Positions 13,001-25,700 of a stretch of 64,000 nucleotides of DNA are shown here, piece after piece. A model generated the notes under the pieces. That model had not been told where the DNA came from, did no database searches, and saw only the letters and a list, made by a program, of their open reading frames with translations. This DNA comes from Podarcis liolepis (Eukaryota), in NCBI GenBank assembly GCA_965112155.1, contig OZ218105.1. One strand, 5' to 3'. The number at the start of each line of letters is the position of its first letter. Position 1 is the first letter of the stretch. Made by a program: the position numbers and the translations under genes.

Positions 13001-15601
13001 GAGCAGGAGACCTTTAGTGGTAGGTAGAGTTGGGAGATCAAAGGTAACAAATAGGGGGTATGCTGGGATATGTGAGCAGAGAGAAGGGAAACCACAACCC
13101 CATAAATAATTTTTGAAACTTCTCTCCATTTCCAAAGAAGCTTGCTAGCTGGTCTTGGCAGCTGCCATTTGAAAAGCCCAAGTTCAAAAGTGCTTGAAGT
13201 CATTCAGTTTGTTAGTCCAGGTGAAAATGTTTAATTGGAAAGAAATCATTATCCACATTTTAATTGGAAAATATCTTTACATTTAGAAAGTGAGTCAGAG
13301 GATAGTTCGGATGATGAGCCTTTAATTAAAAAGTTGAAAAAGCCACCTACAGATGAAGAGCTGAAAGAAACAGTGAAGAAGCTTCTGGCCAATGCAAACC
13401 TAGAGGAAGTTACAATGAAACAAATTTGTAAAGAGGTACAGATTTATGACATTAGTTTTCCACTTTCGTTGTTTTGCTTGCAGTTTACAGCAGTAATGTG
13501 GGTTTTTCTGGAAAGTTTTCCTTTGCAAATTAGGGAAATTTGGAAAACTCCCTGTGGCCCTAAAAGCAGGAATGTGGAACCTTTTTCAGCAAAGGGCCAT
13601 ATTCCAAGTGGGGAACCTTCTGGGGGCCACTTGCCAGTGGTGGATGGTGCAATAGATGTAATTTTATATTTGTACAGAAGTATAGGGTACAGTCTGTCCA
13701 AACAAAATTCAAAGGTTTCTGCTCATATATCTTGATCCAGGCAAGCAAGGGGCATTATAACATTTCAAGGACACATTCAAAAGAACTAGAGGAAGACGTG
13801 GTCTGGGGAGAGTAAATTGGAGATACCTGGGGAGTGATCTCATTTGCCATGTTAGTTTTCCTTGTACAGTGGTACCTCGGGTTTACAGACTCCGCTAACC
13901 CAGAAATAGTACCTCGGGTTAAGAACTTTGCTTCAGGATGAGAACAGAAATCGCGTGGCACAGCGGCAGCAGGAGGCCCCATTAGCTAAAGTGGTACCTC
14001 GGGTTAAGAACAGTTTCAGGTTAAAAACGGACCTCCAGAATGAATTAAGTTCTTAACCCGAAATACCACTGTACTGCATTTTATATAGACACGAAACTGC
14101 CAACCTTGCCTAACGTTGATTTGCAGTTAGTATCCATTATTTGCTACTTTCACATTAATTATCTGAAGAAAGATGAAGCAGTGAAGATTTGTCTACCCCC
14201 CCCCCATCACTGGTTTGCAGTTAGAAACTTTTAGAGTCAAATGTAAAAATGCATGCACATTTCATAAATTCTTATGCTTCTTGTTGGTGCAGGAAAAGAC
14301 AAGTGAACTCAGTTTATGCTGTCTATTTTCCTTGGGGGGCAGTCATAATCCCATTATCACAGTATGGTATAATTATACTAAACATAGTAAAATATATTTA
14401 GGTTAACCCCTGAAAGATAACTAGCATAGGTCCCATGTCACCCCCTAGTTTCTCCAGATCCTGCTTTGCCTCCAAGGGGCTCAGGGCAGGACAATAAACA
14501 ATCCCTAGTCTGTCCTTGCAAAAAAACTCTGAAGGTTAGACTGAAAAATTGTGAGTGATCTAAGGGTTCTTCAAGATGGACCAGAGAACTGACTCTGGGT
14601 CTTCTCAGTCCTAATTTTGACACAAAAACGTCTATTTGGATATTATATCTACCTTTTATACCTCCCTTGCAATATCAAAGGTAAGGGAGATGCTTCAATT
14701 TAATAAACAAGCAATCTCTCCATTCTGGTACTCACATTTAAATTGCAAAAGGTGTATTAGACACTTCTACATGCATGGTGAGAGTCAGGTTAGAGAATAG
14801 AAATATTTGCAAGTAAGTACAGTATATAAGTCTTTATGTTATGTTGGAAAAGTGGAGTGGAGTCAGACATGACATACAAAGGATATGGTTAACTATGCTT
14901 TGAATATTTGACTTCTGTGGTGCAAACTGGGGGAGGGAACAATTTTAATGAGTCTTTAAAAAGCAGCCTCCCCAAATGCAGTAGTCCCAAACCAGATTCA
15001 TACCTTTCATGCCTGTTCTCAATGTATTTAAAAAACTAATGAGATACTGTTTGTGGTACAACCAGTTTGACCCTTAGTTATTGGGAGAATGTTTGGAATG
15101 TACTATTTGACTTACCTTTGTGTTAAATTGGTTGTTACAGGTGTATGAAAGCTATCCCAGTTATGACTTGTCTGACAGAAAAGTCTTCATCAAAAAGACT
15201 GTGAAAGAGGTAAATACTTGATCCATGAAATATCATGTGATGATCCAAATATTAAAAGCTGCTCTTTAAATTTGGAAATGTTGGGTACCTAGGAAGATCT
15301 CAGTTCCTGAAATTCCACCCAAATTTTACTCATTTATTATGCTTAGTTTCATCTCAGTAAATTTAAAGTAACTTTAAGATAGTCCCCCTTATCCAACGTT
15401 TCACAGTGTACCCTTAAAGGCCTGTGGTCCATCCTTAGCCATATTTACTTGGAAGTAAGTCCCATCAATTCCCCTGGAACTTCCTTCCAAGCAAGCTGTT
15501 AAAATGGCAGCCTTAGCAATGTGTTTGTGGGAAGTGGGATTTACAAAGTAGGTTAAAGATTAAAAGTACACAAACTCTTCTCTTTTTAGCTCATTTCATG
15601 A
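4064..15601 (+). CDS. DEK: Protein DEK (chromatin architectural proto-oncogene; SAP and DEK-C domains), 10 coding exons, 367 aa
   Basis: Coding exons: 4064-4187 (ATG; exon starts 4053), 5682-5783, 6208-6317, 8302-8396, 9719-9839, 11333-11518, 12249-12384, 13287-13435, 15141-15209, 15590-15601 (LIS*). Total 1104 nt, phases consistent. Peptides EKSLIVEGKREKKKVERLTMQVSSLQKEPF, MLKSICEVLDLERSGVNSELV and SDDEPLIKKLKKPPTDEELKETVKKLL match vertebrate DEK. Confidence 0.97.
7243..7332. repeat. Old palindromic MITE-like element
   Basis: Arms ctctcctgca..aaaatctgctc / gagcagatttt..tgcagggggagag; more degenerate relatives near 24030-24110 and 49748-49846. Confidence 0.5.
13867..14071 (-). mobile_element. 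Tc1/mariner MITE, family A
   Basis: Same TIRs and TA TSD; interior is the reverse complement of 1259-1485. Confidence 0.9.
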
Positions 15602-17250
15602 TCTAATGGGAAGAAAACGAATGCTGCAGACTTGTTCCCGTGGATTTAAATATTTTACAAACACCAGCAAAACCTTTTAATTTTTGTTTTGTTTCGCCCT
15701 TTTGGGTGGGCATAACATAGTATTTAGTCAGGGATGATTCTACTGGCTTAATGTTCTGAGTGTTAATGGAAATTACTTTAACTTTTAAAAATTGCATTTA
15801 ATGCAGTTCTTAGGTTTTTGCATGGCCATCAATGTTCCCTGCTTTTACTTTGTACATCATGGAATTTCTTTGTACAAGCAGATTTAATATAGCTATTGTA
15901 GGTTTTAGTGCATTGTAATGTAGAGAATTTTTAAAAAATCAGTTGATACGAAAACTGTTGTATCTGTATGTACACATGCTAAGACTGTCAAATACTGCAG
16001 TATTGGGCATTACTTTTAATTTGAATACATACCATTCATTCAGGAAGAAGTCACATGTCCTGATCATGAATGCTCTAAATTATGTTATACTATATTGCAT
16101 GTGTAAGATATCTAAGAATTGTGAAGAGCATAGTAACTTGCAAATTGTTATTTTTGTACTTTTAAAAGCGTTCTGTTTGTATATATATGCTTAAAAACAG
16201 GTTGTTGGGTTTTTTTTAAAAAAATCAGTGTGTTTTAGAAGATTTATGACCAGTGTCAGTGTTGAGGAATGAGGCTGAAATTAATTAGGAAACAAGTTTA
16301 ACTAGCATTTAAAAAGATGGTGTTTCTTGCCTTATAAGGGAATAATTGCATTCATATTTTTCAGTGTTTAACTTGCTAGAGTGGACTACAGCTAATTTTG
16401 TTCCAAAGGCTTGACATGATACCCTACACCAAAGGGTGACAAACCTCTACCCTGTGGGTCTAATTAGGCCCAGCAGGGGACTGCTTCCAAATTATGCCCA
16501 CTGGCCCAGCCCCACACATAACTGATGTCAAGTGAGAGGCAGGTAAAGGTGTAGCCTTCACTTTGAAGTACATTTCCCAACAGTTCTATTGAGCCTGCAT
16601 ACTGAAATAAATACATAGGAAAAACCAAAACAGCTTTGAGAATTGCAGTAAGTATAAGAATCTTCTCTGAAGGTATGAGCTAAGTTCATATGCAGTTTTT
16701 GGTGTTCAGCTGTTCTAGAATCCCTATAAAATCAAGCTCCCTTATGGTAAGGAATAACTTCATGATCTTTGTGGTATCCACTGGACAGGTTTCCTGTGTC
16801 TGTATCCAAAATTAGGTTATATTGAAAAATGAATAGGTGTTTAAATGTATTAATAGACACCTGCTGCTTTGATTCAGTGTAAGCTTTGAAATTTAAAACC
16901 TCAGTTTTGCAGACAATTGTTCATGAAGTTTTATTTAATGAAAAGTTTCATGAAACTTTTTGTTAATGTGCACACATGATCATGACTTAAAGCTCTCAAT
17001 AAATGCCAAACAAGTATGTGTCATAATGTGAAATGTAACTAACCCCCTCCATTACTGTATTGATTATAAGTTCGGCTAATGTATTGTTCAGGAGTCAAAA
17101 GTCACAGACCTATGTTCTGAAACTAGTTGGCAACTAGTAAGTTGATCTATCTATCATTTTTACTGCTTTCTTTGCATGTGATCCTTTATATTAAGGCTGA
17201 GTGTAACTAAGTTTTGTATTCAATAAATGTCTTTAAGAAAAATGTATATT
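15602..17250 (+). other. DEK: DEK 3' UTR with AATAAA at 16606, 16998 and 17222
   Basis: AT-rich sequence after the stop codon; the distal AATAAA (17222-17227) is preceded by TGTA motifs and followed by a T-rich tract. End point inferred. Confidence 0.6.
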
Positions 17251-19789
17251 TTGATATTTTAATACATGTACAGTAAAAAAATGATACAGAAACAAAGGTG
17301 CCTGTTGTGTATCACCTTGCTTTATAAGATACAAGAGTATTCCAAACCCAAATGTTGAGGCGTAATCAGTGCTAGAGGTGTGAACACATCAAACCCTTAC
17401 TTAACCTTGAGCAGATGTATGTCTGGATTATTATACAGGCAGTGACCGTTTTAGGTGTGTCCGATTGACGCACAGTCACACACATGCTCATTTCTGCCAA
17501 CTCCCAGAAGTGGCAGATGAGCTGTGGCAATGGATGTGATTGCATGGTATTTAAGGCCCAGTGGGCCTGAAGTGATGGCCTGCTAGGCTGGGAACAAGTG
17601 TGGAAGGCAATTTCAGAATTATTGCCACCTTCTTCCATCAGATTGGAAGGAAGTGAACTTTGCTGAGGAATATTGCTGCCATCTGACATGGAATCTTCAC
17701 CTGTTCCAGGAAATGTGGTTTGGCCTAAAGTCTGTTACCTCTAGCAGAATACTATTGCTTTGAAAGGATCGTCAGAAAGGAGCAGTGGAGTAGACATTTG
17801 TCATCCTGATGTAATTGTTTTGAGATTGACATCCTCTGCATTTTCCAGGAAGGGATGAGTTATAAATCCATATAAAATGCATTTTAAGTACATGGGTACA
17901 GTTTGCCTTTACTATTTGATTAGAAATTAGCAACACAGCTGACTTAGCATTTTCCAGTTTATTACATTACCAATAAGTCACTTTGAACATCATGCTCCAC
18001 AGCAAGGAGATTTTCCCCCCCTAGATGTACAAGGCATAAGTTGTATATACACAATAGAAAATGATCATGCTTAAAAAATAAGCTTCACATGATTATTTTT
18101 TAATTCTTTGGGATCAATTGTTCAAAGTGAACCCACCAACTCTGACATTTTTAAATAAATGTAAAAAAAGTAGTTTCCATATCTTAACTAAGCTTTTTCT
18201 TTTTATGGACAACAGGTCCTACTGTTTAAACACTTCTGTAATGTAATAATTTACAGGTATTTATACAGTAAATGGTTTCACATTTACAGTATGACTCTTC
18301 ATCTTGTCTTAATGCTGATTACTACAAAATCCTTACAGTCATGACTAATATCTCTGCTCAATCTCACGCCTTCAACTATTCCCAAGCACAAGTTTCCATT
18401 TTTAAATAAAAATTGCACTTCAGACAACATCTAAAACTAATTTTGTTGGTGCATCTAGCTATGGGCCAATTGGCTTATTTTAGCTAGGTATTCATGTTTT
18501 CAGTGTTTGAAAAGAAGAGTAAATGATGGGGGGAAATCAGCATTCCATTTTCATACTTTGCATTTCTTACTATAAGCTCTCAGAGAGTTATACTTCCTAT
18601 TAAGCAGCTTAGTGAAATAATAGCAGTGCAACTATAAAGAAAAGCTTGATGATTTCCTAACAGCATAACTTTTAAATCTTTCTCAATATGATGTTACAAA
18701 GTAAGATATTCAGGGCCATATATCATCATTATAGCAAAACACACAGGGGTAGTAATCACACATCTTCTGAGGCTTTCTTTAGAAAGTAAAACTGCCCATG
18801 CTTCCATATTGAAATTCTCACTCTTATTTTTTGATAATGAAAAGCAAAAGTTAGCTGATGAATGAACTATGTGTATACATTAGTATCTTCAACTACTTAA
18901 AACTGAATTATTTAGTTAAATCATCTTTTTCACAACTATGGGTACAACCCAGCCTCATTAAGTATTTTCAAGTCTCACTGATTTCAGAGTCTACTTAAAT
19001 CTTTCCCATTAAAATGAGGCTACATAATTTTAACCCTTCATAAAAAGTAATCATTTGACCTCATTTTTAAGCAAGAAAATTGAATGGTTCGCTCAACTAC
19101 CTGACCTTCAACATGCTTTCACAATTATATAAATGACTGCACCTACATAGCTGCTATGATTTAGAAATTTCACTGCACACAAAAAGGAAATGGCCACAAA
19201 ACAAACATTTTTTTCTGGTCCATCTACATGATCAGCAAATACTAAGCCCTCATCCTAGTATACACATTAAGAGATGCTTTTGTGACATTTCCTCTGGGTA
19301 AGTAATGGTTAGGGTTGTTTTTCTATATCTTCTTTCATTAAAAAAAAAATCACCAGCAAGCCCAATGATTGTTTGTGAACACTTCCAACAATTTAGTTTA
19401 AAAAGAATACATTTTTCAAAACATGTTTGGAGTCACCTGCCATCTTGTTGACCCACTATCTGAAAACGTGGGTTATTTAACAGTCCTTGTAGCACATGTT
19501 TACCCTTTGACAATATAAATCATCTATCTCAAATAGGTCACAAAAATGAAGTTCTGAGGTTAATGAGCTTGAATATCTGCTGGTAGTGTTTTTAAATAAC
19601 AGTTCCTTTAGCATGCTGTGCTGATAAAACATCAACATCATGGAAAAGATGAAAAAAGTGGAAGAAAAAAGGATTGTCTCTAGGTACCAAAGAATTAAGC
19701 ACCACTTGAGCAATAATAGTAACCCTGAAACTTGAATTTTGAATTTGAGGAAGTTGTTAAAAGAAAATCTGTAAACAGTAGTGTAGTAT
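17240..19789 (-). other. KDM1B: KDM1B 3' UTR; candidate poly(A) signals ATTAAA (17258-17263) and AATAAA (17958-17963) on the minus strand
   Basis: AT-rich sequence downstream of the TGA at 19790; tttaat and tttatt seen on the plus strand. End point inferred. Confidence 0.55.
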
Positions 19790-22700
19790 TCAAGATGCTG
19801 CTATTTTGCTTGCTTCTCGAACACCGCTCAAGTAAGCTCCAGTAACTGTCTGCGGAAAATGTCTGTTTGTGGCCTATTTAAAAAGAGAAACATAATGTGA
19901 GGGATTCTTATATGAACATAGAACTACACTCATCAGACACATAATACGTATAAACCAGGCTTCCTCACCCTTGACCCACCAGATGTTTTGAGACTACAAT
20001 TCCCATCATCCCTGATCACTGGTCCTGCTAGCTAGGGATCATGGGAGTTGTAGGCCAAAAATATCTGGAGGTCAGAAGTTGAGGAAGCCTGGTATAAACC
20101 CACACAGGAAGTGTCAATATTTTACCAAGGATACATGTGAAATAGTCTACGTATCTATACCTTAAAATTAAATCACGACCCATGATGATTTTTTTTCCAT
20201 GTTGGGGAATTTTCGTAACAGAGATTATTATTTTGCCCAGTCACATACTACCACTGTATGTAGTATCCTGCGCCTCAAGAGTTCCAGGAGAAGTAACAGG
20301 AATATCATGGTGAATGTCATCAGCAGCACAACAAAACCAGTTTCAACCCCACAACCAAGGCCTGAAGTGAGATTGATATGGCGCGCGCCCTCTCTCTCTC
20401 TCTCTGTGTGTAATAATAGTCCTAGGTATAATCCCCTACATAGGTTTTTTTTCTGAAGAATTGCTGCCACTCAGATGACGGAACAACCAGTCTAACAGCT
20501 GTTTATATTCTTAAAGGATCTGAAGTCAGATCAGCACCCTAGTAACTGGATTTCACTGGTTTTCTACAATGCTTCCTCAGAGACTGTGGATTGTAGCCAG
20601 CACTAGTCCTACTCATGTAGATTCATTGAAGTAAGCACGGTTAATTTAGGCTTATTAATTTCAGTGGGTCTATTCTGAATAGAACCTAAGTTGAACATAC
20701 CCCTGAATACATTCCATCCTATTTTAGCTTGTATCTTATTTTAGAAGAATTTTAATTCAATTTTTTTAGTGTACATAATCAAGATCTCACCTCTCCAGCA
20801 AAAAATATTTTTCCTTGTATGTCTTCTGCTAGGATGTCATAAGCTTCACCGCTGCCCCCTGTCTTCACAAAACTATATGCCATTTGGATCCAAGGATCTT
20901 TGTTCCATCGTGTAACAAAGTACTTGACTGGGTCTGGCACTTCCTGGATTACAACAATAGGCAAAGAATTACTTATGAAATGCATACAACCCATCAGTGA
21001 ACACATATATTCACCAGGTCAACACACACAGATGCTCTAAGTGACTGGTCACATGCTCTGAAGTTGTTCTGTTAAAGTCAGTGGACAGTCCCATTATAAA
21101 CAGCTAGAGAATCAAAGTGTTGGTTAGGGGGCCTAGCCATGTGAAACATGTCACGACAGTTTTCTCTCCTTTTTTAAGTAGTCAGTTTTGTAGATCCTCA
21201 TGTAGAGTCCTGTGTCATGAATTTGCATGCAACAGGTCCCTAGTTCAATTCCTGGCTTCTCCAGAGACTGGAAAAAAAACTCCTATCTGAAAGCTCAGTT
21301 CATTGGACTCTTAAACTCAGGCACATGGGTTTGAGCCTCATGTTGGGCAAAAGATTCCTGCATTGCGGGGGTTGGACTAGATGACCCTCAGGGTCCCTTC
21401 CAAATCTGTGATTCTATTCTAAAACTGCTTCTATATGCACCAGTGGTCTGATGCAGAATTAAGCATGTTTCCGTGTATGGAAGCCACAACAAACATGGTT
21501 CCCAGGCAAACTATTGAAAATTCAGCAAGCTGCTGTTTCATTTCTTTCATCCTATTTAATATTTATTTCTTGTTTAGAATACATAAATCCGGATTTATTT
21601 AATGACATTTAGAGTGATATCCAATGTTAGTCGTATACCAAGTACAGTCATTTACAAAGTCTATTTCAGTTGCTTTACTCCTATGACTTAGTTTGACAAT
21701 ACGCTTAGTCGCATCATGAATCTCTTTTTGTTGCTATCTGTTATATACTATAATTATTATACATTATATTTATTAGTTAATAAATACATCCATATAATGC
21801 AAATATCAGAGCCATTTACAACTATTAATAAATTCAGTTAAGTGTGAAAGACTTGAAACTGGTGTCTCATCTATGCTTGAGTCAATAAAAACAAACAGAC
21901 CTACCTGTTCCTTAAACAGCTCGCGGAGCACAATCATGCATTGTTGCAGCACTTGCTTGTCATCTAAGTTCTTCATAGTTGCCACAGCATCACCCGTAAC
22001 AACAGACATTAGAACACTGCATTTACGCTGAGAACAAGACACAGACATGGACACATACATTTTATCTACTGTAGTTCTGCTAAATGACTCTCTAACAGCC
22101 TCTCTGAAACTAATGTTAGCCAACCCATAGAACAAGAAAGATTCCTGGCACCTTTTAGGTTTCTCCTTGACTGAGTGTATCACATCACTTTACAAAGCTT
22201 CTGTCTTGTAATGAGCAATTGTTTTTTTAAAAAACGAGAAAGTTGCCAGAAATTTATCTTAAACTAATCGCACTATGAAATGGTGGCGAATTCCTAGGGT
22301 GGTAGGGGAAGAGAAGTGATTTTAAAGCTCATCATGTTTCCTTATTTGAAGAACAATTAGGGTCAGTGTTAAGTCTTCAAGTAATGTGTACCTGTGGATC
22401 CATGTCATAGAAAACACTGAAGAGTCCACGTTTGCTGGGACTAGGTGGAACATGGCCAAAGTAATCAGCTCCTTGAATCTTGCTGTCCCAGAATCTATAT
22501 GGAAACTGTAGTGCAATCTAGAGGAAAAAAGACAAGAATGACCTCATTGTTGATTTGGGCTGAAATTCTATGCACGCTTACTTGGAAGTAGGCCTCAGTG
22601 AACCTAGTAGGATATAATTGCAATTGCACATAAATAGGATTGGGCTATTACTGATTGTTGTAAACTAATAGTAGGTAGACTCTGGTCAAGATAGTCTGTG

Positions 22701-25700
22701 CAAATCACAGGAAACAAAATTAAGTTGCATTTCTTTCTATGAGGAGTTGGGTGATGGAAGACCTGAGATTCAAATTGGCAAAATGGAGGAAATTTTCAGT
22801 TTTAATGGGGCATAATTTTAATCTGTTTTGCAAGAGCTGGTGGGCAGGCAGACTTTGGTTACCCATCACAAACCCTGAAGATTATTTATTTCAATTTATG
22901 AAGGACTGCTATGTACCCATGCTTTGTCATCTCATTATTTCTGAGCAGATCCAATTATGGAAAGCAAATCTGATAGGGTACAAACCAAATGCCACTCATA
23001 CTGCTCTTCACATCGTCATATAAAAGTTGCACTCTTACCTTCTCAATGACTCCAGCTCCCAAACTATTGATAGCTTTCATTTTTCTCTCTGACAAGGCTG
23101 GGTTAAACAGAATGGCGCCTTTTTGAAGAATAGTCAGAGGTACAGCAACTAAAACCTGGTGGGAGAAAAGTAGTCCTAATTATACTACAGTTGAAGTAGC
23201 TCAACATAACACAGGCAGGTTGGGAAGGTTTGGCACCAGGTAGGTAATAAAAACCTCAGTTTCATGCTTTTAAGACAACTTGATACTTTGTCCCACACTT
23301 TTCACCACCTGCCCAGCACTCAGCCCACAACCGGCTCCTTAGCACAAATGTAAAGATGTGTCAAGAATTCACATTACAGCTGTAAGGATGCGGGAAGCAG
23401 GTATGCTGGTGATATGGCATCTGAAACACAATAAATAGCTCTGTCCTGCTTGATAAGTTGAGAAACTCACTTCACTTCCACCCCTTGTTTAGCTGCTGCA
23501 GCGAAAGCTACCCCTTAACATGAGGCATCAAGTCCTTAAAAAGCCAGTTGTACACAACACTTTGAACAAGGTGTTTACTGTGATGTTTGAAAATATATAG
23601 CAGAAGTTGAGAAAGACACGTCACCTTTTGTGCTTTCCAGAGAGTTCCATCGGTTGCAGTCACTTGGACTTCTTCCCCCGTATAGTCTATACTGCGAACC
23701 TGACAAGAAGAAGGGGATTCAGAGTTGTGAAAGACATACAGTGGTACCTCGGGTTACAGACACTTCAGGTTACAGACTCTGCTAACCCAGAAATAGTACC
23801 TCAGGTTAAGAACTTTGCTACAGGATGAGAAGAGAAATTGCATGGCAGCGGTGTAGTGGCAGTGGGAGGCCCCATTAGCTAAAGTGGTACCTCAGGTTAA
23901 GAACAGACCTTCACAACGAATTAAGTTCTTAACCCGAGGTACCACTGTATTTGTCTATGGTGGTGCCTCATCTACAAGTGGAACAGACTTCTGCTTATAC
24001 AAAAGGACTGCCTCTCCTTCCACCTATAGCCCCTGCGTTTTCCTCAAATCAGCTCTGAAGATGGACCCTTTGGAGCAGATGAGGAGATGGGGGTGCATGT
24101 GGAAGAACAGGAAGGGCAATTTCACCCGCACAGTGTTGAATATCATCCATAACACTAAGACATTAGTGTAAGCTTCATAGCAGAAGAGTTCTCAATGAAA
24201 GACATGGGGGAAGGAGTGTTAAGCTAACTGCTCATGAGTAAATGCATTATGTGAAGGATCAATCAGGAGAATGATGCAAGCAATGTTCCACTACAGATTT
24301 TTATGTACTGGTAGGAATCTGAGCACCCCATTGCTGAAACTCACTCCATTGCTTTTATGCATTATGGATTCTAAAGTTTTGCTCCTGCATTCTAAATCCT
24401 ACCTAGTTCATTCATCTTTGGCAAATCTCTCTCTGACTACCTGAGATAAAAAATCCAATAGATATATTGTAATACACACTGAGTATGCTGAATGTGGAAA
24501 ATGTTCTAGAGGAACATTATAAGCAATAAGAAGAAACATATGTTCCAAAGCAGATTAATAAATGAGACACCACTGGAAATAACTTTGGAAAATTCAAGCG
24601 GTTAAGTACCATCTGTATGTTCCAAGACAAAGAGAACCAAGCCAAACGCTAGGAAGATGAACTACTCCAAGGTACATCAAAGCAAACTGGCTTCCCGTCC
24701 ATTTTTAGTTACTTACTGGAACCTTTAACCGAATGTCCAGGCCTTCAGCCATTTTTTCAATTATTGTTGAGTATCCCGAGTTTAAGAGCGTGTGATCTCC
24801 AGCAAACTGAGCAAAAAATTCATTGTGATCCCAGGAGCGTGCAGAAACCTGTAAGGAGAACAGAATTCTTTTCACTGAACAGTTTGAACACTCAACACCT
24901 GAGTGTCGCACAAGTCCATCCCATGCTCACCTCATGGAGGTTGCTGCCACAGGCGTATTCAAGGTTACTGACATGGAACTGAAGGACTTTTTCCTCGAGA
25001 TCACTGAACTGAATACCAGATTCCTGAATAAAAACTTTATAGATCTCCTGGATTTTATCTGCAAATAATATATCCAATCATTATCAATAAATAATCATTT
25101 TTTCCTTACAATTTCACCCTACTTTTAAGTGTTCTTGTTAAATTTTAAAATGAAGCTCTCCCAGAATAGTTCCCGCTGCTCCCGTCAAAATATAAATATT
25201 ATGGGCATGAAGTTCCACACTTTTAAGTGACAACTATTTCAAAATAGAGTTGAATGGCACTTTAAAGTCCTTGTCCTTCCTTAATTGTCGGGCAGCACTT
25301 TTCTCACAAACATGTGGGCTACCAGCAAACATATTCATACACTGGCCTGGTTTGCACATCACTGTGATTTAAAGGGTGATGGGGCACGGAGCAAAAACAT
25401 GACTGCTTCATTCCTCCCCTGTTTCTGCTGAACTGCTGGAAGCTAAGCCATGGTTTGGCTTAACATTAGCATCTGAACCTAGACTCATGGTTTGTTTCCT
25501 CCTCAACAAAACTTAAATGGTAAGTAGAGGACAAACCTTGGTTACAGTTCATTGTTTAGAGAGCGAGAAACCACGAGTATCTGGACAAAATGCTTGGTCA
25601 AATTAGCTGCCAGCAATGCAGCAGCAGCAGCAGCAGGAATAATGCTAAGCAGCAATGATTTTCATTCTGTGCACCAGCACATTGCACATTCATTCACAAC

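Noticed and set aside
24849-24930. 82-nt KDM1B intron
   Set aside because: Short but canonical GT-AG and within the normal vertebrate range.
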